Shown here: in pieces, positions 34,816 through 43,485 of the stretch
How the letters are laid out: the number at the start of each line of letters is the position of its first letter
Position numbering within the stretch: the stretch's first letter is position 1
Source: Lepidodermella squamata
Lineage: Eukaryota; Animalia; Gastrotricha
Direction: 5' to 3'
DNA length: 64,000 nucleotides
Assembly: GCA_047495785.1 (NCBI GenBank)
Contig: JBLDXI010000066.1
Span: 372,001-436,000, forward strand
Notes under the pieces: generated by a model
Seen by the model: only the letters and a program-made list of their open reading frames with translations
Database searches by the model: none
Told to the model about the DNA's origin: nothing
Made by a program: the position numbers and the translations under genes

Positions 34816-35970
34816 ATGCCGATCAAAGAACTCACGATCCCCGAACAGATAAAAATTTTGGAGCAATTAGATAGAGAAGAAAAACTGTATGATAAAAATC
34901 TCGCGCTTGCAAGTCATGATTCTTATGCGCTCAAGCACAAATTTGGGATGGAAACGGAACCCAGCCCGCTGACGGCCATGCAAACAGCATTCAACCAACG
35001 ACCGACCACTGAAGCCATACGTAGTTTGCAAAATTCGATTAAGGAATTAGTTGTAAAAAAGAAACCACTAATAGCTAAACACGGCATTCCAACTATTTCT
35101 GCCTCTGCATCCCCTGTGGCTCTGAAAATTCCTAAACTCGAGTATGAGAGTCCTGAGAAAAGTAGGCTAGCCTCTTCGCGAAATTCGCAAGATGATGAGA
35201 GTGATCAAGACTCTGACTCGTCGAAGGAACCTGATGCTCAAGATGGGACATTTACCACAGACGAAATGAACACTATCATCCGTCAGCATAATTTCCCGAC
35301 AATTGAGCAAATTAAACAGGAGGACATAGAAGAAGCCGTAGTGAGTTTGGCCACATACAACAGACAGGTATTGGGGGCCAGGCTCTCTAGTCTCACACGA
35401 GCGGGGAAAAGAGATTCAGAAGACTATAATAGAATTAAGCGCGACATCGTAGTTTTGAGGAACTATCGCGAAGCATTAAAAAGCAAACAACTAGGCGACG
35501 GTTTCACTAAACCAATCCCAAAAAATCTCCAAAGGTTTGGGCGATTTTATGTACGCAAGGAAGACTTACTCGACGGGTGGCTCCGCGTCAGAAAAAAGAA
35601 CCAAAGTAGAGTGTTTGATGAGCAAATTTCCGATGGTGTGAGAAATCTCATTTTGAAGCGATATGAACCGAAAAAGTACAAATACACCCAAGAAGATTTT
35701 TCACACTTCCAAGAAATTTGTCGTAGGACCGGATACCAACCGAAACCTCACTCCAACGTAAGATCTGAACTCGCAATTTCTAGGCAGTCCGGTTCTGCGC
35801 TTTTTGTGACCTTACAGGATGCACAAAAGCGTATGCTGCATTGTTTAGGAGAAATTAAAGCAGGTAATAACAATGAAGCAATTAGGAACGAATTGGTGTC
35901 TATAGCGGACTTGTTGCTGAAGCATGGAAAAATAACGAAGGAAGAATACACAACAGTTTGTAGTATATAG
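34816..35970 (+). CDS. Conserved Polinton/adintovirus virion-associated protein
   Basis: C-terminal KRMLHCLGEIKAGNNNEAIRNELVSIADLLLKHGKI motif typical of this Polinton gene family; GxG motifs; ATG at 34816. Confidence 0.7.
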   Translation: MPIKELTIPEQIKILEQLDREEKLYDKNLALASHDSYALKHKFGMETEPSPLTAMQTAFNQRPTTEAIRSLQNSIKELVVKKKPLIAKHGIPTISASASPVALKIPKLEYESPEKSRLASSRNSQDDESDQDSDSSKEPDAQDGTFTTDEMNTIIRQHNFPTIEQIKQEDIEEAVVSLATYNRQVLGARLSSLTRAGKRDSEDYNRIKRDIVVLRNYREALKSKQLGDGFTKPIPKNLQRFGRFYVRKEDLLDGWLRVRKKNQSRVFDEQISDGVRNLILKRYEPKKYKYTQEDFSHFQEICRRTGYQPKPHSNVRSELAISRQSGSALFVTLQDAQKRMLHCLGEIKAGNNNEAIRNELVSIADLLLKHGKITKEEYTTVCSI

Positions 35971-35994
35971 AGAATTATCTAGCTTCCAAATAAA

Positions 35995-36741
35995 ATGAGT
36001 CTGAATCCAATTTTCTTACCACTAGAGTATCTTTCAAATAATCGAAGTTCTCGAAATAACACCATCGACCGATACCTCAATGATAAAATAGACTTCACTG
36101 GAAGGCGAATTGCAGTTAGTTATTTTCATTTCAGCGATACGTTTCACAACGTTTCTGCTCGTTACGGAAACAATACATTGAAATACTCACTGAATGAAGA
36201 AATATTCGAAACAGTTTTTCCTGATGGAACGTACACCTTCCAAGATTTTAACAATTATTTGCATTTCCAGATGAAGTTAAACGGACATTTTGCCGTTGAC
36301 AGCGCGAAAGGAGCAGAAATTTTCGGCATCAATATTAGTGTCAACCCCGTATTCAGTTGCATTAGCGTTAGGATTGCGGAGAATTATCGTTTGATGGTAG
36401 AAACTGACGCTATGGCCCGGTTTCTCGGGGTCAACGTAGGCTCCTACGACCACGATTTCAATTCTCAAAACGTCCCTGATGTGACTATGGGGCTGGATAC
36501 AATGTTTGTTCATTGTTCCGTGGTTAATAATAGCGTCATCCCCGAATATAACACAGTTATTTTTACTTGCCCTATCAACAAAAAATTTGGGGAACACGTC
36601 AACTACATCCCGAACGAGAAAAGGTTCCTAATGTGCACAAACGCGAACACGCAGAATATTCGAGTCTGGCTCACCAATCAAGAAGGAAACGAGATTTACT
36701 TCGTCGAAAGTAAGTGGGGGATAGGTATAGATATAATCTAG
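35995..36741 (+). CDS. Minor capsid (penton, single jelly-roll) protein
   Basis: FPDGTYTFQDFNNYL, FVHCSVVNNS and IRVWLTNQEG motifs; position upstream of the major capsid gene. Confidence 0.85.
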   Translation: MSLNPIFLPLEYLSNNRSSRNNTIDRYLNDKIDFTGRRIAVSYFHFSDTFHNVSARYGNNTLKYSLNEEIFETVFPDGTYTFQDFNNYLHFQMKLNGHFAVDSAKGAEIFGINISVNPVFSCISVRIAENYRLMVETDAMARFLGVNVGSYDHDFNSQNVPDVTMGLDTMFVHCSVVNNSVIPEYNTVIFTCPINKKFGEHVNYIPNEKRFLMCTNANTQNIRVWLTNQEGNEIYFVESKWGIGIDII

Positions 36742-36765
36742 TGCTTATCTAGTTATTGCTGAATT

Positions 36766-37083
36766 ATGAATAATCGAAAAAGAAAGCGCGTTTACATTTC
36801 TGGCCGAGGATTCGTCGACGTTGGTAAACACATTTTATCGAAAATAATAGCAGTATCAGCTGAACCAGCCCAAAATTTTGTCAAAGCAGCGCTGAAATCT
36901 GGTTCAGAAGCTGCGGGAGATAAAGTAGGAAGTTTCGTAGCAACGAAGTTGGCTGATAAAGTTCTGCCTAGTCATGAGACAACTAATCTTAAAGCCATAG
37001 AGGAGCTTGAGCGCAAAATTAAAAATAATATAACTTCATACTCGGGCTCTGGTTTCAAAAAAGTTGAATTTAAAAAAATCTAA
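36766..37083 (+). CDS. Small basic core-like protein with GxG cleavage-type motifs
   Basis: RKRKRVYISGRGF...amphipathic helix...YSGSGF; lies between the penton and major capsid genes. Confidence 0.7.
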   Translation: MNNRKRKRVYISGRGFVDVGKHILSKIIAVSAEPAQNFVKAALKSGSEAAGDKVGSFVATKLADKVLPSHETTNLKAIEELERKIKNNITSYSGSGFKKVEFKKI

Positions 37084-37097
37084 TCCTTTGGTAAATT

Positions 37098-38477
37098 ATG
37101 CTTCAACAAGAGATTGTCAATAACATTTTCGAGACCACTGAAATTCAAGATCGGGTCTTTGAGAAAAAGACATGGACGGAAACGCCAGCACAGAATTTCA
37201 CTCAAGATCAAAATTCACAACCCTCGAAATTAATATTTTCCAGCTACAACCTAAAAGACAATTATTTACTAGTCAGAGAGGGGTACTTGGAGTTTCAATT
37301 GCAAATTAAAAGGAAGAATGGAGCCGCGTTCGTGAATACTGACAAGTATGCCATTCGGAATCACGTGTTGAGCCTGTTTGACAATATTGAAGTTCAAATA
37401 TCGGATTCGGATCACAAAATCGAAGAGCTGCGGTTCCTCGAACATTGGGCCAACATCAATTTCCTTTTGAAATGGAGTCCCGAGTACGCCAATAGTTTAG
37501 GGGAAGAAGTGTTATTTTCGAAAGACTGCCCGTTGGCTTTGGGAAGCACAACGCTAATTGCTGATGTGACGGCTGACACTTTCGATGCTTCGAAAGCTGC
37601 AGCTAACAAGGGTTTGATAACGCGAAGCAGTTATGTTAAATCTGCTGAGGCCACCGTCACTTTATATCTGAAAGATTTGCCCTTTTTCAATTCATATCAC
37701 GGAATTTTCACGAAGTCTCGATTTAGGATTATTCTCACCCCAAGCTATAATCGACCTTTGGTTTATGTGATTGCAGCGGCTGATAAAGATACAGCTGAAG
37801 GATTAACTTATTATTTCAATCGGGCTAATATGTACATCCCGGAAGTAACGCTCATGAACCAACAGAAACTTTCAATAATGAAAAAGTTCAACGAGGGATT
37901 CACCAAAATTCATAAATGGATATCGATTGATCCATATCAGTCCTGTCAATTTGCTGCTAATACCACGAATATTCAGTACACAATCAGCACTGAAATAAGG
38001 AAACCCAATTGGGTTTATATTGTTCTTTGCCCCGATTACTCAGACGAGGAATATCCGAAGAAACTCACGCAGATATATAACACGTGGAACGTTACTTCAT
38101 ATTCCCTTTTGATTAATAACAAAGAAGCCTTTAATGAATCCAATGTTTCTTTTGCTAAGCTGAAAGCTCACCGGTTATACAATTACATAAAACAGAATAT
38201 GCACCAGAGCAGCGATAGGGAAAGTCTGAATACGGGATGTCAGATTTCGTACATGGAATTCTGCAACTTGTACAGAATTCTTTGCTTTTGCTTGGACGAC
38301 GTAGATGCTACTTCCATTTACAACTCTCGAGCAGATAACACTGTTTCTGTAGTATTCAAAGCGACGGTCGGTGCGGTGAATAAGCCTCTTGTAATTTATT
38401 CGTTCATTGAAAGGGAAAAGGAGATATGCTTCAACTACAAACATGACTCTGTTGATATTAGTCTTACCAGCGTCTAA
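37098..38477 (+). CDS. Major capsid protein (double jelly-roll)
   Basis: 459 aa beta-rich ORF; EGYLEFQLQI, SLFDNIEV, MYIPEVTL, KPNWVYI, ISYMEFCNLYRILCF; position in the virion module. Confidence 0.85.
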   Translation: MLQQEIVNNIFETTEIQDRVFEKKTWTETPAQNFTQDQNSQPSKLIFSSYNLKDNYLLVREGYLEFQLQIKRKNGAAFVNTDKYAIRNHVLSLFDNIEVQISDSDHKIEELRFLEHWANINFLLKWSPEYANSLGEEVLFSKDCPLALGSTTLIADVTADTFDASKAAANKGLITRSSYVKSAEATVTLYLKDLPFFNSYHGIFTKSRFRIILTPSYNRPLVYVIAAADKDTAEGLTYYFNRANMYIPEVTLMNQQKLSIMKKFNEGFTKIHKWISIDPYQSCQFAANTTNIQYTISTEIRKPNWVYIVLCPDYSDEEYPKKLTQIYNTWNVTSYSLLINNKEAFNESNVSFAKLKAHRLYNYIKQNMHQSSDRESLNTGCQISYMEFCNLYRILCFCLDDVDATSIYNSRADNTVSVVFKATVGAVNKPLVIYSFIEREKEICFNYKHDSVDISLTSV

Positions 38478-38502
38478 TGCAAAATTTCTAATCTAGCGGT
38501 AA

Positions 38503-39132
38503 ATGAGCCATAAGTATTTCGAATACGAATTGCCCCTGACGGATAGTCAGCTTGAGAAACTCCAGGGTGCGGTGAAGAACAAAAAGTCAATAACACTTAA
38601 ATTTAGCAAACAGGTTATTCACCAAAACGAAAATTTACGCAAGTTGATGCTTACCCAAACTCAAATAAACAAAGTAGAGAAACACAAAGCCAACGACACC
38701 GGTGTTCAATTGAAGCTTAGTTTATCGCAACTGAAGAAAAGTCAATCAGGCGGCCTACTTCCCATCCTGCCCATACTTGCGAAAGCCGCAACGATTGCTG
38801 CACCTTTAGCCCTGAGTGCTGTATCAGGGCTGATAAACGGCGCAACCAACGCGATCGGTAACAAATTAGCGGGGAAGGGCGTAAACGAGACCACCGTACA
38901 ACTATCAGTTCCAAAAGAGGATTTGAATGAACTAGTCAAAATGGTCGATATGTTAGAAAATAAGAATTTATTGCCACTGGGCAGTAAACTTTCGATTGAT
39001 CGCGATATTGAGCAAAAGGGTGGCTCATTCGTTGTTCCACTAGTTGCTAGCCTGCTAGGGACATTTTTACCTACATTGTTCAAGGCGAATAAGGGAAATG
39101 GAGTGTATTTACCATGGGAGTCAAAAAACTAG
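38503..39132 (+). CDS. Adenovirus pX-like core/membrane-active precursor protein
   Basis: QSGGLLPILPILAKAA and QKGGSFVVPLVASLLG resemble the GG+hydrophobic segment of adenovirus pX. Confidence 0.7.
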   Translation: MSHKYFEYELPLTDSQLEKLQGAVKNKKSITLKFSKQVIHQNENLRKLMLTQTQINKVEKHKANDTGVQLKLSLSQLKKSQSGGLLPILPILAKAATIAAPLALSAVSGLINGATNAIGNKLAGKGVNETTVQLSVPKEDLNELVKMVDMLENKNLLPLGSKLSIDRDIEQKGGSFVVPLVASLLGTFLPTLFKANKGNGVYLPWESKN

Positions 39133-39563
39133 GGCGCTTCTTCCCACTTTCGAATTCGGATATTGACAAAATGATGTTCTCGAGAGTTGGGAAGAAGTAC
39201 AATGGATGTTACCCCAGGCATATCTTGCCTATACATTTGAAAAATGGATACTATGTGATCAACTTGGATGACTTTGGAGGGGGAACGCACTGGGTAGGAA
39301 TGCAGGTAACTGATAGGGAAATAATTTATTTCGACAGCTTTGGGTTCATTTGTCCCAATGAAGTCATTGAGAGGCGAAGTAATCGCGACATTTGGTATTC
39401 CACTCACGAAATTCAGCACACAAAAAGTGTGGCGTGCGGCTTTTACGTAGTTTACTTCTTGTCTGAGCTGGCGACAAAACGCAATAAGCTGGAAATTCTC
39501 CTCGATTTCACAAATGACGGGTCCATTATGAATGATATCAAGCTTAAAGATCTGATGTCTTAG
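39114..39563 (+). CDS. Adenain-like cysteine maturation protease
   Basis: GTHWV (His), YFDSFG (Asp), IQ....VACG (Gln/Cys); overlaps the upstream ORF in the -1 frame. Confidence 0.93.
   Translation: MGVKKLGRFFPLSNSDIDKMMFSRVGKKYNGCYPRHILPIHLKNGYYVINLDDFGGGTHWVGMQVTDREIIYFDSFGFICPNEVIERRSNRDIWYSTHEIQHTKSVACGFYVVYFLSELATKRNKLEILLDFTNDGSIMNDIKLKDLMS
39123..39198 (+). promoter_or_regulatory. Putative -1 programmed ribosomal frameshift signal
   Basis: A_AAA_AAC (39123-39129) immediately before the TAG of ORF 38503, 6-nt spacer, stem 39136-39153 paired with 39180-39198. Confidence 0.7.
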
Positions 39564-39569
39564 CAAAGA

Positions 39570-39690
39570 ATGCATTATTTGAAGTGTAAGGAGCATACCG
39601 AAACCTTTAACGAACAATGAAAGGTTTCGGAAAACAAGTAAGTGAGCAATTCTCAAATTTTCGGCTCCAAAAAGAGCAAATTTGTCGAAT
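39570..39690 (+). pseudogene. Degenerate DUF5679-like zinc-ribbon ORF
   Basis: MHYLKCKEHTETFNEQ*KVSENK*VSNSQIFGSKKSKFV resembles the YCLKCK..TET...C..CGSKKSKF pattern, with two stops and lost cysteines. Confidence 0.55.
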
Positions 39691-39738
39691 CAGGACAAAA
39701 TATTTTGTTTGTAAAAGGTAGTAAGTGCTTTCCTGGTT

Positions 39739-40212
39739 ATGGACGAAGAATTCGAATATTGCCTCTCTCTTTTAGCCGAAATAAAAAACAAGAGTGTGAA
39801 ATGCCATTCTAAAACAGAATGTGAAACGTGCTCATCACAGTTGCAAATTGATCATAGTCTCCACATCAACTTTTGTCCAAAATGTGCCATCGCATACCCT
39901 TTCATAGATTACTATCAAAGGGTTAGCCGTTCCCCACCTTACAAGCGGAAGTGGCATCTCATGACAAAAATCAGAAAACTAGGACTAATTCTCAAATGGT
40001 ATGAGCTCGATGACATAATGTCAAACTTCCAGAAAATAGATAAGCTCTATTCCACCGAATTTCCCGGTAAAAATATGATCAATGTAGAATTTGTGCTGAA
40101 GTACTTGTCAATGAAATTGGGCTATGAAGACATCGCTAATAAAATCCCTCTGGGCCGTTCTAAGGATACGATTTTACGCTGGCATGAAAAATTAAATCTA
40201 ATCATTACTTAG
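39739..40212 (+). CDS. Poxvirus/NCLDV late transcription factor VLTF3-like protein
   Basis: CETC...FCPKC zinc ribbon, YKRKWHL, then KNMINVEFVLKYLSMKLG...IPLGRSKDTI; parallels the VLTF3 pattern Y.R..H...RKNF..Y.YVL...LG...PLLKS. Confidence 0.7.
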   Translation: MDEEFEYCLSLLAEIKNKSVKCHSKTECETCSSQLQIDHSLHINFCPKCAIAYPFIDYYQRVSRSPPYKRKWHLMTKIRKLGLILKWYELDDIMSNFQKIDKLYSTEFPGKNMINVEFVLKYLSMKLGYEDIANKIPLGRSKDTILRWHEKLNLIIT

Positions 40213-40217
40213 TTGAA

Positions 40218-40931
40218 ATGAAATCTAGTTCAATTTTTATTCCTAGCGAATGGTCGGGAAGCTCGCATGGGTCGGATTTATTTCTACGCGCCGATGGGAA
40301 GAAAGGGCTCATGGGTAATATGAACGCAAATAATTTCAAAATTGAAAATCTTGGCCGCCCCGTTTTCGAAAATGACGCAGCATCGAAATCTTGGGTGGAA
40401 GAAAACACGTTGAATGAAAAAGAATCCAGGCAACTTATCGAATCGTATAAGCCGCTACAGTACGCTGATGACAGAACCATCGACATGAATGGTGGTCGGA
40501 TAACAAACGTGGCGTATCCCGTAGGTCTTTTTGACGTAGTCAACAAGCAATACGTTGATGGCCAAACATTTTTAGGCTTTGGTGAGAGTCATGTGAATGA
40601 CCAAACGAAAATGCCGGTAACAAGGGTGGTAACCCACACTTTGCTGGTTCAAATTAATGATGAGTTGTCTTTTCTCGAAAACATTTTGGCTAATGTGCAA
40701 TTTTGGTTTAGAATTTGGGAAAATGTCTCGCCAGGCTGCACTTGCGATTTCATGAAAAACGGCAGTGTCTTAATTTCTAAATATTTTTCATTCGACTACG
40801 ACGCGATTCGAAATATAGCCGAATACTGTACTTTCGTAGAACAGTTTGAAAATGGTGACACTTTCAGCATCATGATATCGTCCAGCAAACCTATAACTGT
40901 TGAATTTTGTATGAAAATATCTAACGTTTGA
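40218..40931 (+). CDS. Putative fibre/spike protein
   Basis: Two MN...I.N...P....D...K.(W/Y)V repeats (trimeric fibre/adhesin-stalk type), then a beta-rich C-terminal head. Confidence 0.6.
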   Translation: MKSSSIFIPSEWSGSSHGSDLFLRADGKKGLMGNMNANNFKIENLGRPVFENDAASKSWVEENTLNEKESRQLIESYKPLQYADDRTIDMNGGRITNVAYPVGLFDVVNKQYVDGQTFLGFGESHVNDQTKMPVTRVVTHTLLVQINDELSFLENILANVQFWFRIWENVSPGCTCDFMKNGSVLISKYFSFDYDAIRNIAEYCTFVEQFENGDTFSIMISSSKPITVEFCMKISNV

Positions 40932-41083
40932 TAAACGATGAAGTTCACTTCACTGAAACAGAATATAATATGATAATAAAAAAACGGGAAAAGCACACTG
41001 ACATGAAATTAAACCTGCAAAATTCGCTCCAGTCAGCAATCCCTGACAATTTTCGGGGGAAACTGTTAGAGGAAATGAATAGA

Positions 41084-41590
41084 TTACAACAGAAAATATG
41101 AACCGTGCTCAATAGGCATCCATGGAAATTGTAATGCTGATACTTTTTGATGCTCGTTCATAATTTTATCACGGGAGGCGGAAAGATTTTTAGATAGTTC
41201 TTTAGTAGATATAACTAATTTTGATTTATCACTATAATTTTCACGTGCAAGTTTAATTTTACTCAGATTAGCCTTGGTCTGTTTTCTTTTCTCTTCTTCC
41301 CTTGGTTCCACCTCTTCGTCATTTTCTTCATCAGTTTCTTCGTCATTTTCATTAATCATGGTATTATATATCATTTTCAGTAGCTCGCACAACCTTGGCC
41401 AACAAGTGAAAATTACTGATAATAATATAGTAATTGAGATTGTGAAAATTGCTAATTTCTTGTTTCTTGCATTCATTTCTCTTACTTTATTTACTACCTT
41501 CTCCATCAATATTTTATTAAGTTTCATCATTTCTTCTATGTATGACAATTCATCTGCTTTCATTTGTATTAGTATATTATATGCCTTCAT
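41084..41590 (-). CDS. Hypothetical membrane protein (Polinton accessory)
   Basis: 168 aa with one TM segment and an acidic stretch; AT-rich. Confidence 0.55.
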   Translation of the reverse strand: MKAYNILIQMKADELSYIEEMMKLNKILMEKVVNKVREMNARNKKLAIFTISITILLSVIFTCWPRLCELLKMIYNTMINENDEETDEENDEEVEPREEEKRKQTKANLSKIKLARENYSDKSKLVISTKELSKNLSASRDKIMNEHQKVSALQFPWMPIEHGSYFLL

Positions 41591-41595
41591 TTTTC

Positions 41596-41949
41596 TTATT
41601 CTCTTTCGAGATCCTCAATAAAAGCTAAAATTTCAGCTTTTGTTTTCTGACTCCTTGCTCGCATTTCAGCCTTTCTAATTTCTGACCTTTCTTTTTCTTC
41701 CTTCTGTTTTTTAATGATCTCGTTATACATATTTTCAATTTTAGCTTTTTCCTTGCGCTCAATTATTAACTTTTCTTGTATTTCTTTCAAGTTGTTAGAT
41801 TGATTTGCTTTCATAGCCTCTTCAGATTGCTTTTTAAGCAGCTTATAATCTTCTCTATACTCCTTACACTTACCTTTTAAGAAGTCAATGGTTTCGTTTT
41901 TTTCTATAACAATGTCATCACACTCAGTTAACGTTATGCAGGTCGGCAT
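41596..41949 (-). CDS. Hypothetical coiled-coil protein (Polinton accessory)
   Basis: 117 aa, E/K-rich; tightly packed between co-oriented ORFs. Confidence 0.6.
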   Translation of the reverse strand: MPTCITLTECDDIVIEKNETIDFLKGKCKEYREDYKLLKKQSEEAMKANQSNNLKEIQEKLIIERKEKAKIENMYNEIIKKQKEEKERSEIRKAEMRARSQKTKAEILAFIEDLERE

Positions 41950-42014
41950 TTTTATACTATTAAGTAGTACCGAGAAATTAATTATTTTTGATTATTCCTC
42001 CCTCGCTGTTTGGT

Positions 42015-42410
42015 CTACTCATCATCTTTATTATAAAACCCATGGCGGATATCAAATAGACTCGAGTTAGATTTCATCGATGATTCTTCTGCTCTATCAT
42101 TTCGTACCCTTTTCTCTCGGTCATACGTTCCTCTAGGGATGAGTACTATTGGTTCATTTTGCTGACCTACAGTGGATCGACCAGTTTGTGCTTTTACGCT
42201 CTTATCACGAGGTTCCCTGCTTGCAATAAAACCCCCAATTTGGGTGCCCTGCCCTTTCGATTTATTTATATAGTAAAATAGACTACTTGATGAAATGTCA
42301 AATTCCTCTACTATTTCTTTAACACTCTTTCGCGTTGTCTCATATTCCTTGATTGCCGTTTTAACTCGTTTACGATATTCTGGATCTCTTCGCAAATTTC
42401 GCACTACCAT
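42015..42410 (-). CDS. Helix-turn-helix (psq/CENP-B-like) DNA-binding protein
   Basis: RVKTAIKEYETTRKSVKEIVEEFDISSSSLFYYINK HTH pattern. Confidence 0.65.
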   Translation of the reverse strand: MVVRNLRRDPEYRKRVKTAIKEYETTRKSVKEIVEEFDISSSSLFYYINKSKGQGTQIGGFIASREPRDKSVKAQTGRSTVGQQNEPIVLIPRGTYDREKRVRNDRAEESSMKSNSSLFDIRHGFYNKDDE

Positions 42411-42449
42411 TATAAATTATTTTTTGATATATATTTGATTAAGAAAATA

Positions 42450-42877
42450 TTCCAGGTTCCAGGCACCAGTTTCCAGGTTACAGATTCTGGACCCCCGGGG
42501 ATTTGTCAGATTATGCAATAGCCCCCACTTATATATTGTTCCAGATTCCAGGTTCCAGGTTCCAGGTTACAGATTCCAGGTCCCAGGTTCCAGGTTCCAG
42601 GTTACAGATTCCAAATTCCAGATTCTGGACCCCGGGAATTTGTCAGATTATGCAATAGCCCCCACTAATATGTTGTTCCAGATTCCAGGTTCCTGATTCC
42701 AGATTCCAGATTCTGGACCCCGGGAATTTGTCAGATTATGCAATAGCCCCCACTTATATGTTGTTCCAGATTCCAGGTTCCGGATTCCAGATTCCAGATT
42801 CTGGACCCCGGGAATTCGCCAGATTATGCATTAGGCCCCACTTATATATTGTTCCAGATTCCAGGTTCCAGATTCCC
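42450..42877. repeat. Subterminal tandem repeat array (4 units of ~88 bp with TTCCAG(A/G) heptamers)
   Basis: TTCTGGACCCCGGGAATTTGTCAGATTATGCAATAGCCCCCACTTATAT occurs 4 times, separated by variable heptamer runs. Confidence 0.9.
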
Positions 42878-42913
42878 CATTCCCTAGTTGAACCAAGCTT
42901 ACAGTATCTCACT

Positions 42914-43485
42914 CTCCGTTATACCTCTTGTACCCTCCTTATCAAAATACTTTCCCCAGAATTTTTCCACAATTTCCCCACAGTTTCCCAGAATTTTTCA
43001 GAATTTCCCCCAAATTCACCAGCCCTCGCCCACCTCTCACCTCTCACCCTTACCCTTACCCATACACCTTTCCCTACCCCTACCCCTACCCCCTACCCTC
43101 TGTTATACCTCTTGTACGCTCCCTTTCGAAATAATTTCCCCAGCAATTTGTTCCCCAAATTTTCCCCCAAATTTATTTACTCCCTTTCTCTCCTTTGCAC
43201 CCTCATTATCTCTTCGCTTTTTATAAATTCACCATTTATTTTTCCCCTAATTCCCAATTTCCCCCGCCCCACCCTCAATTTTTCAAAAAGGGTGTATGCC
43301 GAATCACTCGGTAAATACATCATATTCACAGCCATACACCCTTTTTTCGATAACCCCCAGTTTTTACAAAACCCAATACTCCCCCCTTGGAAATACACTC
43401 ACACCATATAGCCCTATAAATCATAATTTCTTTGATTATTTCACTTTCCCTGGGTTTGGTCTAGGACCGGCTATTGTACTCTACT
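42914..43485 (-). repeat. Polinton right terminal inverted repeat (572 bp)
   Basis: Reverse complement of 20145-20716. Confidence 0.95.

Larger units (their letters stand above)
20145..43485. mobile_element. Complete Polinton/Maverick (adintovirus-like) endogenous viral element, 23,341 bp
   Basis: Termini 5'-AGTAGAGTAC...GTACTCTACT-3'; 6-bp TSD GGTGTG at 20139-20144 and 43486-43491; 572-bp TIRs; pPolB, integrase, ATPase, protease and two capsid genes with open frames. Confidence 0.97.

Noticed and set aside
38500-38505. Poxvirus late promoter TAAATG at gene starts
   Set aside because: Exact at only one gene; the other starts are explained by an A-rich Kozak context.
26644-40931. Phage or bacterial contamination, or a free-virus contig misjoined to host DNA
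   Set aside because: TIRs with a matching TSD in host flanks and intron-containing internal genes indicate a genuine integration.
42450-42877. CRISPR-like repeat/spacer appearance
   Set aside because: The spacers are heptamer microsatellite runs rather than unique sequences; no cas genes; eukaryotic context.
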